Of a stretch of 64,000 bases of DNA, positions 24,427 to 33,391 are shown piece after piece (within the stretch, counting starts at the first letter, position 1; every line of letters begins with the position of its first letter). The position numbers and the translations under genes were made by a program. The DNA is from an uncultured Planctomycetaceae bacterium. GTDB lineage: Bacteria; Planctomycetota; Planctomycetia; Planctomycetales; Planctomycetaceae. The DNA lies in NCBI GenBank assembly GCA_963813715.1, contig CAWFAK010000005.1:1461110-1525109 (forward strand). The letters run 5' to 3'. The notes under the pieces were generated by a model. That model saw only the letters and a list, made by a program, of their open reading frames with translations, did no database searches and was not told the origin of the DNA.

Positions 24427-24486
24427 ACGACCACGTCTTGGCCAAAAGAAAATCCGGGGCTTCCGCAAAGCAGAGCGCCCGGCCAT

Positions 24487-24760
24487 CTATGAGAAGGGTA
24501 GCGTCAAGGGTTGGTTTTTGCGTTTGAAGTGGTGATCTGGGCGATGCGGTACGCTCAACCATCTATTCGGGATCACCAACGGTCTGGAACAGGTCCGTCG
24601 ATGTCGCCAGGAAGCCGACTTTCGAGAGACGCCCCATTCACCCTTCGAAGGTCGCTCTTGTCATGGAACGCCTTCATGGCCGGGGGCGGGGTCGTCTGTG
24701 GGTCGTCGCAGCGCTTTGGATCGATTCTTTGGTGGGTGCTCTCCTGCCCAAGCTCGGGAT
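24487..24760 (-). ncRNA. Candidate bridge/seek RNA region of the IS110 element
   Basis: About 275 nt non-coding region downstream of the transposase, holding short matches to both target halves and both donor-junction halves. Confidence 0.6.
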
Positions 24761-25780
24761 TCAAGTGGGTTGCTGGCTGACTGAGTAGGGTTGGCCCGTC
24801 TTCAAGATCGCTGTCATCAGGCACAACAACCGGCGGGCCACGGCGACGATCGCCTTCTTGGCACGCACGCGCAACTTCAATCGTTCATAAATCCGACGCC
24901 AACGTAACGAGTGCTGAACCAGCCGCCAGGCGGCTTCGACCAGCGTCGAGCGCAGCAGCGTCGAACCGTTCTTCTCCAGGTGCAGCTCCCGACTCTTGCC
25001 CGCACTCTCGCGTTGACCCGGTGAGAGCCCCGCGTAAGCGACGACCCGCTTTTGCGAACCGAAGCGATCAATGTCTGCCAGCTCGGCCAGCACAACTTCG
25101 GTGGTCACGAAGCCCACTCCGGGGATCGTCCGCAACAGCGTCCGCGCTTCCTGCTCGCGAAGCGGCGCTGCCTCGGCGAACTCCTTCAGCCGGGCGTTGA
25201 CGGCCAGCAGCTGACGCCTCCCGAAGTGCAACTCTTCGACCATTTGATCCACGGCGAACCGATCCGCTCCCGAGAGGGGCACTTGGGCGAGATACGCCAA
25301 CCCCTCCACGGTGAACAGACTGGGGCGATCCGCGTTGTAGTCGCAGAGAATGCGGCGCAGACGGTTCTTGACGGAGGTCAATCGCCGTTGAACGCCGCCC
25401 CGCTGACGCACCAGTCGTCGATGCTCATGCTGCCGCGGAGTCGCGCGGTAAGACGTCGGAATCATGTCCAGAGCCAGGAACTCCGCGAGGATTTGCGCGT
25501 CGAGCCGATCGCTTTTACGCGTGCTCTCGGCAATCACACGCAGCTTCTTCGGGTGGGCCAACAACACGCGATGGGCCACGGGCTCGATCAATCGCACGAA
25601 CCATTCGTAGCTGGCGGTCGCTTCCACGACAGCCTCGAACTCCCCGAGCCTCTCGAAAAATGCGAGGATGGTCCGCTCTTCGCCACAACGCACGGTCCGA
25701 CGCTCCAAAACCCGCCGCGATTGGTCGACGACGCAAATCGTGATAGTCTGCTTGTGTAGGTCGCAGCCGGCAAATTTCAT
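24761..25780 (-). CDS. IS110 family transposase (DEDD recombinase)
   Basis: GCDLHK, VEAT and KSDRLDA RuvC-like residues; TIPGVG; AYAGLSPGQRESAGK serine wedge; AIVAVARRL. Confidence 0.95.
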   Translation of the reverse strand: MKFAGCDLHKQTITICVVDQSRRVLERRTVRCGEERTILAFFERLGEFEAVVEATASYEWFVRLIEPVAHRVLLAHPKKLRVIAESTRKSDRLDAQILAEFLALDMIPTSYRATPRQHEHRRLVRQRGGVQRRLTSVKNRLRRILCDYNADRPSLFTVEGLAYLAQVPLSGADRFAVDQMVEELHFGRRQLLAVNARLKEFAEAAPLREQEARTLLRTIPGVGFVTTEVVLAELADIDRFGSQKRVVAYAGLSPGQRESAGKSRELHLEKNGSTLLRSTLVEAAWRLVQHSLRWRRIYERLKLRVRAKKAIVAVARRLLCLMTAILKTGQPYSVSQQPT

Positions 25781-25957
25781 GGCGGTGTCCTTTTGTGGAA
25801 ACGGTTTGCAACAAACTCCGTTTACCACGTTCAAGCACAACCACCAACCGGCTCGGCCTACCTCTTACCGCTCCTCATAGCTTCACCCGTCGCGTAGTCC
25901 TGTAGTTTCGTAGGACAAGCTGGCAGCTTGTCCTGCGTGCGGGCACGGGACCAGCGG

Positions 25958-27693
25958 ATGGTCCGGTCGCGGCCGCCGGGAAAGACGCCGCAAATGGCCG
26001 GGTTCCAGGCTCGTCTCCCCAAGAATCGGGTTTCCGGCTACCCTTCCGCCACGATGCGATCCGACCAGCGATATGTGGTTCGGGAGGCGATCCGTCGCCA
26101 GCAGGGGGAACCGGTGGGAGAACCTGTCCGGGAACCGCTGCGCCGCGACGCGCGCGAATACGGGCGATACGAGGACGAGCAGCCGCCCCGCCGCGAAGTC
26201 CGGGAGTACCAGCAGGGCGAATATCGCGAACCGGCTCCCCCGTATCGCGAGCCAGCTCCGGGCTACCCCGAACCGGCTCCAGCCTATCGCGAACCGCCGG
26301 CCGGTTATCGCGAGCCCCCAGTCACTTACCGCGAGGTGGGCGCCACTTATCGTGAGGCGGGGCCGGTTTATGCTCCCCGTCCGGCACCCCCCTATTCCGA
26401 GCGCCTGCCTGACGAGTCGTATCGCCGCCTCCGCCGCCTCCGCCGCCCCCTCCCCGTCCGGCGCGGCCCCTGTATTCGGTGCGCGAGGCGGACCCTTACG
26501 GTCGCCGCGAGATCCGCTCATCCTACCTGGCTCAGCCCCAGGAGGCGGGATCCGCATATGGACCCGGCGAGTCGGCGCGTCGTCCAGTTCGCGAGCGGAC
26601 GGCACGTCGCGAGGAGTGGCAAGCTGCCGAGCAGAACGAAAACGAAGAAGACTCGACCGATCAGCCCACCGCTCCGGCCTGGTTTGCCGTCTCGCGAGCG
26701 ACCGCCTTCTTTGTCGGTTGCGTGACCCTGTTGGCCCTGCTGGGCGAACTGCGGTTTCCCAACTTCTCAGCCGGCGACTGGTGGATCGATCTCGCGCCCT
26801 TGCCGAAGGCGGCGTCCCGCGGCGTGCTCGGCCTGTCGGCCGCATTTCTGATTGTGTTTGCGTTCTTCCCGCGGGCCAATGGATTCATTCGCCGTTGTGG
26901 CGGGCTTTGCACGATGGGCCTGCTGGGAGCGGCCGGTTGGAGCGTTTACCGGTATTACCACGTCGCTCACGCGGGTCAAAGCTTCCACGATTTGCCGGTC
27001 CCCTTCGCCCTGCATGTGGTCGCCCTGCTCTTCGTCGTGTTGCCCGGGCAGCTGACCGGCTGGTGGGAGCGAACGAACTTTTTCAAGGACGCTTTCGTTG
27101 GGATGGTGACGCTGGCCACCTGCGTGGTCAGTTTTCCGCTGGCGAACTTCGCCTGCGTCGGCCTGCTGGATGATCGAGCCGGCATTGATCCGGCTCAAGG
27201 TGCTGCCGCCGTGGTCGTCGCCGGGCGGGCAGACGCCGAGAAAATCGCCGGCGAGAAACCGGACCGGAACCCGTTGCAGGCGGCGTGCCAGCTCTATCGC
27301 GAGGGGCAGGTCAAACAGCTGTTGCTCGTTCCCCGGTCGGGCGAGACAGGCGGCGCCGAGGAAACGCTGCAGTCCCTGCGACGGGCCGTTTTAGACCAGG
27401 GAATTCCCGAGGCCGATATCCTGTCGCCTCCAGGTGCTCCGGCCGCTTCCGCAGATTCTCGTGCGATGCTGGGCGAGACGGCCAAATTTCTCGACGCACA
27501 GAAGTTGCCGCATGTGCTGATCGTCGCCCGGTTTTTCGAGGTGCCCCGGATTAAGCTCAGCCTCCAGCGGGCCGGGCTCGACGTGCATGCCGCACCGATT
27601 CGCGAGGACGTGCGGACCCCTCAGATGCGGCCCGTGCTGGCCCGCGAGGGGATGGCCTTCTGGCTGTGTTACCTTCAGCCGGTGTTAATGTAA
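25958..27693 (+). CDS. Membrane protein with N-terminal Pro/Tyr/Arg repeats and C-terminal YdcF/DUF218-like domain; frameshift around 26420-26480
   Basis: About 5 TMs, then QGIPEADIL...LIVARFFEVPRIKL...LARE motifs; start uncertain. Confidence 0.6.
26222..26368 (+). repeat. Seven degenerate 21-nt coding tandem repeats (YREPxxx)
   Basis: YREPAPP YREPAPG YPEPAPA YREPPAG YREPPVT YREVGAT YREAGPV. Confidence 0.85.
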
Positions 27694-27834
27694 CGCGTCT
27701 GGGATCTCCCCGGTCCGTCGCATCCGCCTGGCCCTGAACGAAAAACCTCTTGCACCGGCCGCCGGGACGCTAGAATGATTTTAGAAAGGCCGAAGTGGCG
27801 CGCCGTACGCGTGCGCTCCGGTGCCAGGAGCGTC

Positions 27835-28491
27835 ATGCCGCAGCGAGGCGAGCGAGATGTGAACCGTTCGGCAGAGCCGCCGGTCGCCCAGCTCGGCCGC
27901 TCGCTTCCCCAGAGCCAGTTCGCGCTGCGATTCTTCGGCCTGTCGGCCGGCCTCTTTCTCGCCGCGGGATTGATTGCGTGGGTGCTGTCGCGGCTGATCG
28001 GGCCGCCGCACGCCCCCGGTCAATTCATCATCCCGCTGGCCTTCGCCTTCAGCACTGTGTTCTTGGTCCTTTGCAGCGCGGTCCAGGTGCGGGCTCTGGC
28101 GGCCGTGCGTCGCGAACGGCAGCGAAAGTTCCGCAAGAACATGCTCTGGGCGCTGGCTTACGGGACGGCGTTCGTCGGCGTTCAGGTCTTCGGCATGTGG
28201 TGCGTCGTCCAGAACCTGCGCGCCATCCAGAACGCGGGCGAGGCCCAATTGGGGGCGACGGCTCTGGTCATTGCGGCCGCGGCGATGCACGCCTTGCACG
28301 TCGTGGTGGCCCTCTTGCTGCTGACCTTGGTCACGCTGCGAGGACTGAACGACCGCTACGACCACGAATACTCGTTCGGCGTGTTGGGCTGCAGCTGGGT
28401 CTGGCACGGCCTGGGAATCATGTGGATCTTTATCCTGGGCGCGTTCGTCGTCTGCGACGGATTCCTGGCGCTCCGCGTGCCGCCGCTTTAA
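27835..28491 (+). CDS. Heme-copper oxidase subunit III-like membrane protein
   Basis: 5 TMs with FVGVQ, MHALHVVV and WVWHGLGIMW motifs; AGGAG upstream of ATG 27835. Confidence 0.75.
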   Translation: MPQRGERDVNRSAEPPVAQLGRSLPQSQFALRFFGLSAGLFLAAGLIAWVLSRLIGPPHAPGQFIIPLAFAFSTVFLVLCSAVQVRALAAVRRERQRKFRKNMLWALAYGTAFVGVQVFGMWCVVQNLRAIQNAGEAQLGATALVIAAAAMHALHVVVALLLLTLVTLRGLNDRYDHEYSFGVLGCSWVWHGLGIMWIFILGAFVVCDGFLALRVPPL

Positions 28492-28515
28492 ATCCCGCGG
28501 ACGGGCCAAACCGTG

Positions 28516-29061
28516 TTACGCGGTGATCCCCAGGTCGCGAATGGTCAGCAGGCTGTGAAAGGGAACGTCGCGAGCGGCAAAGGCGTCGGCTCCGCCCTGC
28601 AGGCGATCGCAAACGCCGACCACGCAGGCCACGCGGCAGCCCAGCTCTTTGACCCGGTCGATCGCATCGAGCGCGCTGCCGCCGGTGGTGATCACGTCCT
28701 CGACAATCACGACGGTCGAGCCTGGCTCGACCGGACCCTCGACGGCCCGCTTGGTGCCGTGCTCTTTGGCCTGCTTTCGGACCAAGAAGCCAACCAATGG
28801 CCGGCGTCGTTCGGCGGCCACGGTGAGCACGCCCCCCACAATCGGATCAGCCCCGATCGACATTCCGCCGACTGCCGCAAACTCGATTCCTTCCAACCGC
28901 TCGAGTATCCCCTCGGCAATCAGCCGCAGCCCCTCGGAATGCAGCGTGATCAAACGGCCGTCGAGGTAATAGCTCGACTTCTGCCCGGAGGCCAACGTAA
29001 AGTCGCCGAACTTGAGCGCATGCTGGCGGAAGAGCTCGATCAAACGCGCGCGGTCGTACAT
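28516..29061 (-). CDS. pyrE: Orotate phosphoribosyltransferase
   Basis: FGDFTLASGQKSSYYLD, VRKQAKEHGT and VEDVITTGGS motifs. Confidence 0.95.
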   Translation of the reverse strand: MYDRARLIELFRQHALKFGDFTLASGQKSSYYLDGRLITLHSEGLRLIAEGILERLEGIEFAAVGGMSIGADPIVGGVLTVAAERRRPLVGFLVRKQAKEHGTKRAVEGPVEPGSTVVIVEDVITTGGSALDAIDRVKELGCRVACVVGVCDRLQGGADAFAARDVPFHSLLTIRDLGITA

Positions 29062-29158
29062 CGTCGTGTCCCCTCGGTGCCGGCCATCTTACGCGCCTGG
29101 AGCGATCGGGACAGCGACCCGCGTGGCGGATCGAGCGCATCGCTGCCACTAAAGATCC

Positions 29159-29192
29159 GGTGGCTGGGGTCGAGCCGGAGGCGAGCCCCCAG
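29159..29192 (+). repeat. REP-like palindrome related to family B
   Basis: GGTGGCTGGGGTCG...CGAGCCCCCAG intergenic hairpin. Confidence 0.55.
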
Positions 29193-29275
29193 TTCATTTC
29201 CTAAGCGCTGGGGGCGGCGCAGGACGCCGGCCCCAGCCACCCGAGAGTAGTGAGGTGCTGCGCCAGAAGAAACCG

Positions 29276-30610
29276 CTACGGTCGGATGGTGACTTCCGAG
29301 CCGACGTTCAGCATGTCGAAGACTTCGGTCACGTCTTCGTTGCGCATGCGGATGCAGCCGCGCGACTCGGCTTTGCCGATCGAGCCGGGATCGATTGTGC
29401 CATGGATCCCGTAACTGTTACCCAGATCGAGCCAGCGCGGGCCGAGCGGATTCTGCGGATCGTCGGGATCGATCACGCGGCCGTGCGGGTCGGTGTACTG
29501 CGGCTTCACCACCTTGTTGAGCACGGCGAGTTTGCCCAAAGGCGTGCTGCTGTCCTTGCCGATGCCGATCGGATAGGCCCGCACGAAATAGCCGTAGGCG
29601 TGAATGGTCATCAGGAAGCTGCCCGCTTCCACGATCGCCGAGAACGGCCCCTGGATCACCTTGAGCTTGCGGCCGGGACGCAGTTTCTTCGGGTCGTCGA
29701 TGCGGTTGAGCTTTGCCAGATACTGCCAGGGAATGTTGTACCGCTTGGCCAGCTGCGCGATCTGGTCGTTCGGGCTGACGATGTAAGGCTCGACAAAGTG
29801 CAGCCGCGGGTCAAAGTAGATCGCGTTGGCCGTCTTCTCGATCCGCTGCTGAATGGCGCTGCGCCAGCCGGGCTTGCTCCAATAGATCGTCGAGAGTTCG
29901 CGGTGGGCGCGCAAAATGTCGTCGGCTTCGAGAAAGCCGTCGATCGTCTTGAGACGGGTGGCCAGCTCGGGATCGACGGCCGGAGCCGTCGCGGCGGGGG
30001 TGGTCGAGTTGGGGGCGGCCGGCTGCGCCGACTCTTCGACCGTGTGCGAGGCCGGGGCCACGTCCGACGGCATGGAGGGCGCGGCCGCCTGCCGCACCGG
30101 GGGCTCTGCCGCCGACTCGGGCGTGGGCTCCGATTGAGCCTGCATCGTCGGCTTCTGCGGGAGCGGCGCAGACGAGGGGTCGGACGGCGCGTTGAATTTC
30201 GGGCGACTCATGTCGACGTCGTCGATGCTGGCCGGCTCGACCGACGACGGCGTCGTCGGATTGGACCGGAGCTTCGGGGCCGTGTCCTCGGCACGTTGCA
30301 CCATGAGCCGCGCTTTGGCCGACTTCATCGATTCATGCTTCGTGGGCGGCGGGGCATCCTCCACTTCCGGAGGCGGCTCCGATTGTGGCCCGACGGAATT
30401 CGTGACTTCGATCTGGCCGTTCGGCGGCAGCGGATGCGCGGCGGGATCCGTGGGCGTCGTCGCTTGAGCGACCCCCGGGGCCGACGTCAGGCGAGGCCAG
30501 GCGATGTCGAACCAATCGAAGTGCGAGGCGCCGTACAGCGTTCCTCCGACCAGCAGCGTCAGCCAGAAGGCCCAAGTCGCGAACGACTGACGTTTATACT
30601 GTTGTCGCAT
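29276..30610 (-). CDS. L,D-transpeptidase (YkuD) with LysM domain
   Basis: N-terminal TM, Pro-rich linker, LysM (IAQLAKRYNIPWQYLAKLN), YGIHGT...SRGCIRM catalytic motif. Confidence 0.92.
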   Translation of the reverse strand: MRQQYKRQSFATWAFWLTLLVGGTLYGASHFDWFDIAWPRLTSAPGVAQATTPTDPAAHPLPPNGQIEVTNSVGPQSEPPPEVEDAPPPTKHESMKSAKARLMVQRAEDTAPKLRSNPTTPSSVEPASIDDVDMSRPKFNAPSDPSSAPLPQKPTMQAQSEPTPESAAEPPVRQAAAPSMPSDVAPASHTVEESAQPAAPNSTTPAATAPAVDPELATRLKTIDGFLEADDILRAHRELSTIYWSKPGWRSAIQQRIEKTANAIYFDPRLHFVEPYIVSPNDQIAQLAKRYNIPWQYLAKLNRIDDPKKLRPGRKLKVIQGPFSAIVEAGSFLMTIHAYGYFVRAYPIGIGKDSSTPLGKLAVLNKVVKPQYTDPHGRVIDPDDPQNPLGPRWLDLGNSYGIHGTIDPGSIGKAESRGCIRMRNEDVTEVFDMLNVGSEVTIRP

Positions 30611-30908
30611 GGACGTTCTTCCTTGAACGGCTCGCGGCAGGTGCGGGAAAGCAAGAAACAGCAGCGGAACAGCGAGAAAATAGCCGCGGAACTATAACAG
30701 GCGTTTTTGAGATCGACTACGGGAAGATTGCTTCGCCGTAACAGTCCGTGCGACTGGAAGTTCCGTCGACTCGGTTTCTCACAACGCGAGCCGGCGCGAT
30801 CCGCGGGATGGGCGTTCTCAAGTGGACGCATGAACTGAAACGCCCGACCCTGCGTTAGCGGGAACGAAAACAGTCGCGATTCGAGAAACCTCTTGGCAAG
30901 CGTGTTGA

Positions 30909-31683
30909 ATGTTCATCTTCTCCACCATCTGTGCGGTCATTCTGGCGATCTATGTCGGCTACGAGTCGGCTCGCGGACGCAGCAAATATCAGCGGTTGAA
31001 GACCGCCGTCGCACAGGGCGACCGGACCGCCCGCTCGCGCTTCTACGTCGAAATTTTGATCTTCGAGTGCGTGAGCGCGGCACTCGCGTTTGCGGCTCTC
31101 GGATTCGATCCCGCGCTTCGACCCAGCGCATCTGCAACTCGACGAGACGGCCTTTGGCCAATGGTGCGTCTCGGCCTGGCAGCACGTCGATGTCGAAGCG
31201 GTCCGAGGACTGGTCGTCGGGGCACTGGCGGGCACCGCGGTCGTCCTGGCGCTCTTGTGGCGGGCTCGTCGCAAGGGACCGTCGGCACCCGTCTCGCAGT
31301 CGCCCTTGGCGCGTTTGCTGCCGGACTTCGGAGCCCTCATTCCGACGACGCTGCGTGAGCGACTGATCTTCGTGCTCGTCGCCCTGAGTGCGGGCCTGTG
31401 CGAGGAAGTGGTCTTTCGCGCATGGCTGCTCGACGTGCTGCATCAGATCGGTTTGGCCGGCCTGACTCTGGTGGTCGTCGCGTCCGTCGTCTTCGGTCTG
31501 GCCCACATCTATCAGGGTGTGCTGGGGATCGTCGTCACGGGCGGGTTGGGACTCGTCTTTTGCGGCCTCTATTTCGCCAGCGGCACGCTTTGGCTGCCGA
31601 TCGTGATTCACGCGATCATCGACCTGCGGATCGCCGTCATGCCGTCATTGACGGCTCCTGTCCGCGACGCGTCGGCCGCCTAG
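30909..31683 (+). CDS. CPBP (CAAX/Abi) family intramembrane metalloprotease, frameshift near 31120
   Basis: CEEVVFR, FGLAHIYQG and IHAIID motifs. Confidence 0.87.
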
Positions 31684-31840
31684 CGGATTCGGGCCGATGC
31701 CGGCGACCCTTTCGCCTGCCTGGGTTCCCCCTTGCTGAGCGTTTCACCCGCGCCGCCACTGCTCATATACTGCTGGAGTCGGCAAAGCGCCACCAGTCCC
31801 TCCCCTGATCCCCTCCTTGCAGCAGTAGAGCAGCCACCTC

Positions 31841-33202
31841 ATGAGCAAGAAAACAACCCAGGGCGGAAACACAACGCGACGCGATTTCTTGACCCACAGC
31901 ACGGCGCTCGGCGCGGCGCTCTGGGTGTCCGGCCGTCCCGCCCTGGCGAGCAAGTCGCCCAACGAAAAGCTCAACATCGCGGCCATTGGTTGCGGCGGCA
32001 AGGGACGCGTCGACATTCGCGGCTGCTCTCACGAGAACATCGTCGCCTTGTGCGACTGCGACGACGGACGCGCGGCCGAAACCTACAAGCGCTTTCCGAC
32101 CGTGCAGAAATACAAGGACTACCGCAAGATGCTCGAGGAGCGCAAGGACATCGACGCCGTCCTTGTCTCCACGCCCGACCATCATCACGCGCCGGCCAGC
32201 GTGATGGCGATGAAGCTGGGCAAGCACGTCTATTGCCAGAAGCCGCTGACCCACTCGATTTACGAGGCCCGCCGCATGCGCGAGGTGGCCCACGAGATGA
32301 AGGTCGTCACCCAGATGGGAAACCAGGGGCACGCCTTCGAGGGAGCGCGGCGAATCGTCGAGGTCTTTCGCTCCGGAGCGATCGGCGAGGTCCGCGAGGT
32401 GCACTGCTGGACCGATCGGCCCAACGGCCATTGGTGGAAACAGCCCGTCGCCGTTCCGAGCGATCGGCCCCCCGTCCCCGTCGGCCTCGATTGGGATTTG
32501 TGGCTCGGCCCGGCCCCCAAACGCGCGTATCACCGCATCTACTGCCCGCACGATTGGCGGGCCTGGTGGGACTTTGGCTCCGGCGCCTTGGGCGACATGG
32601 CCTGCCACATCGTCGATTCGGCCTATTGGGCGCTCGAGCTGGGATCCCCGGTCACAGTCGAGGCGCAGTCGCACGGCGCCACGACCGAATCGGCGCCGGC
32701 CTGGCAGATCATCAAGTTCCAATTCCCGGAGCGGACGTCGCCCGCGCGCGGCGTCACGCTGCCGCCGGTATCGCTCACCTGGTACGACGGCGGCAAAAAA
32801 CCGCCCGCGGAACTGGCCCAAGGCAACGTGCTGCCCCCCGGCGGAACGCTCTGGATTGGCAGCGAAGGGACGATCTTCACCGTCGACGACTACAGCATCG
32901 TTTTCCGGCTGCTTCCCGAAAAGAAATTCGAGGGCTACCAAGGACCCAAACCCTACCTGCCGCGCAATCCGCGCAGCGAATACGCTCCTTACATGGAGTG
33001 GATCGCCGCGTGCAAAGGCATGGGAACGACGTTCTCGAACTTCGACTACGCCTCCCGACTCACCGAGTCGATGCTCGTCGGCGTGCTGGCCGTGCGGCTC
33101 GGCAAGAAGATCGAGTGGGACGCCGAGAATCAGGTCGCCAAAAACGCCCCGGAAGCCGCGCCGATGATCCATCGCGAGTATCGGGCTGGCTGGACGGTTT
33201 AG
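31841..33202 (+). CDS. Tat-exported Gfo/Idh/MocA oxidoreductase
   Basis: TRRDFL signal, IGCGGKG, TPDHHH, YCQKPL, GALGDMACH. Confidence 0.92.
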   Translation: MSKKTTQGGNTTRRDFLTHSTALGAALWVSGRPALASKSPNEKLNIAAIGCGGKGRVDIRGCSHENIVALCDCDDGRAAETYKRFPTVQKYKDYRKMLEERKDIDAVLVSTPDHHHAPASVMAMKLGKHVYCQKPLTHSIYEARRMREVAHEMKVVTQMGNQGHAFEGARRIVEVFRSGAIGEVREVHCWTDRPNGHWWKQPVAVPSDRPPVPVGLDWDLWLGPAPKRAYHRIYCPHDWRAWWDFGSGALGDMACHIVDSAYWALELGSPVTVEAQSHGATTESAPAWQIIKFQFPERTSPARGVTLPPVSLTWYDGGKKPPAELAQGNVLPPGGTLWIGSEGTIFTVDDYSIVFRLLPEKKFEGYQGPKPYLPRNPRSEYAPYMEWIAACKGMGTTFSNFDYASRLTESMLVGVLAVRLGKKIEWDAENQVAKNAPEAAPMIHREYRAGWTV

Positions 33203-33391
33203 TCTCCCGCCCTGGCGTCGGTCCGGTCTGGCAACCTGAAGAAAGCCGGCTTTCGATGGACATCCGTGGCTGTTTGGGCCGGCGGCCCGTTGTGGCGGGC
33301 TTGGCCTTTTGCGAAAATCGCCAGACACCGGCTGGCCCCAAACGGTGACTGGCCCCCGGGTAGCGGTGGCCGGAGATCGCGCGGAGCGGCA

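Larger units (their letters stand above)
24486..25885 (-). mobile_element. Complete IS110-family (IS1111-type) insertion sequence
   Basis: Sub-terminal inverted repeats CTATGAGAAG (24487-24496) and CTCCTCATAG (25871-25880); CA core at 24484-85 and 25884-85; the flanks rejoin into a family-B repeat; TTGACG near the 3' end. Confidence 0.85.

Noticed and set aside
21514..24485. Composite element bounded by long terminal inverted repeats
   Set aside because: The two repeat types occur in the same order on both sides (85-bp repeat then family B), not mirrored, so they are independent dispersed repeats.
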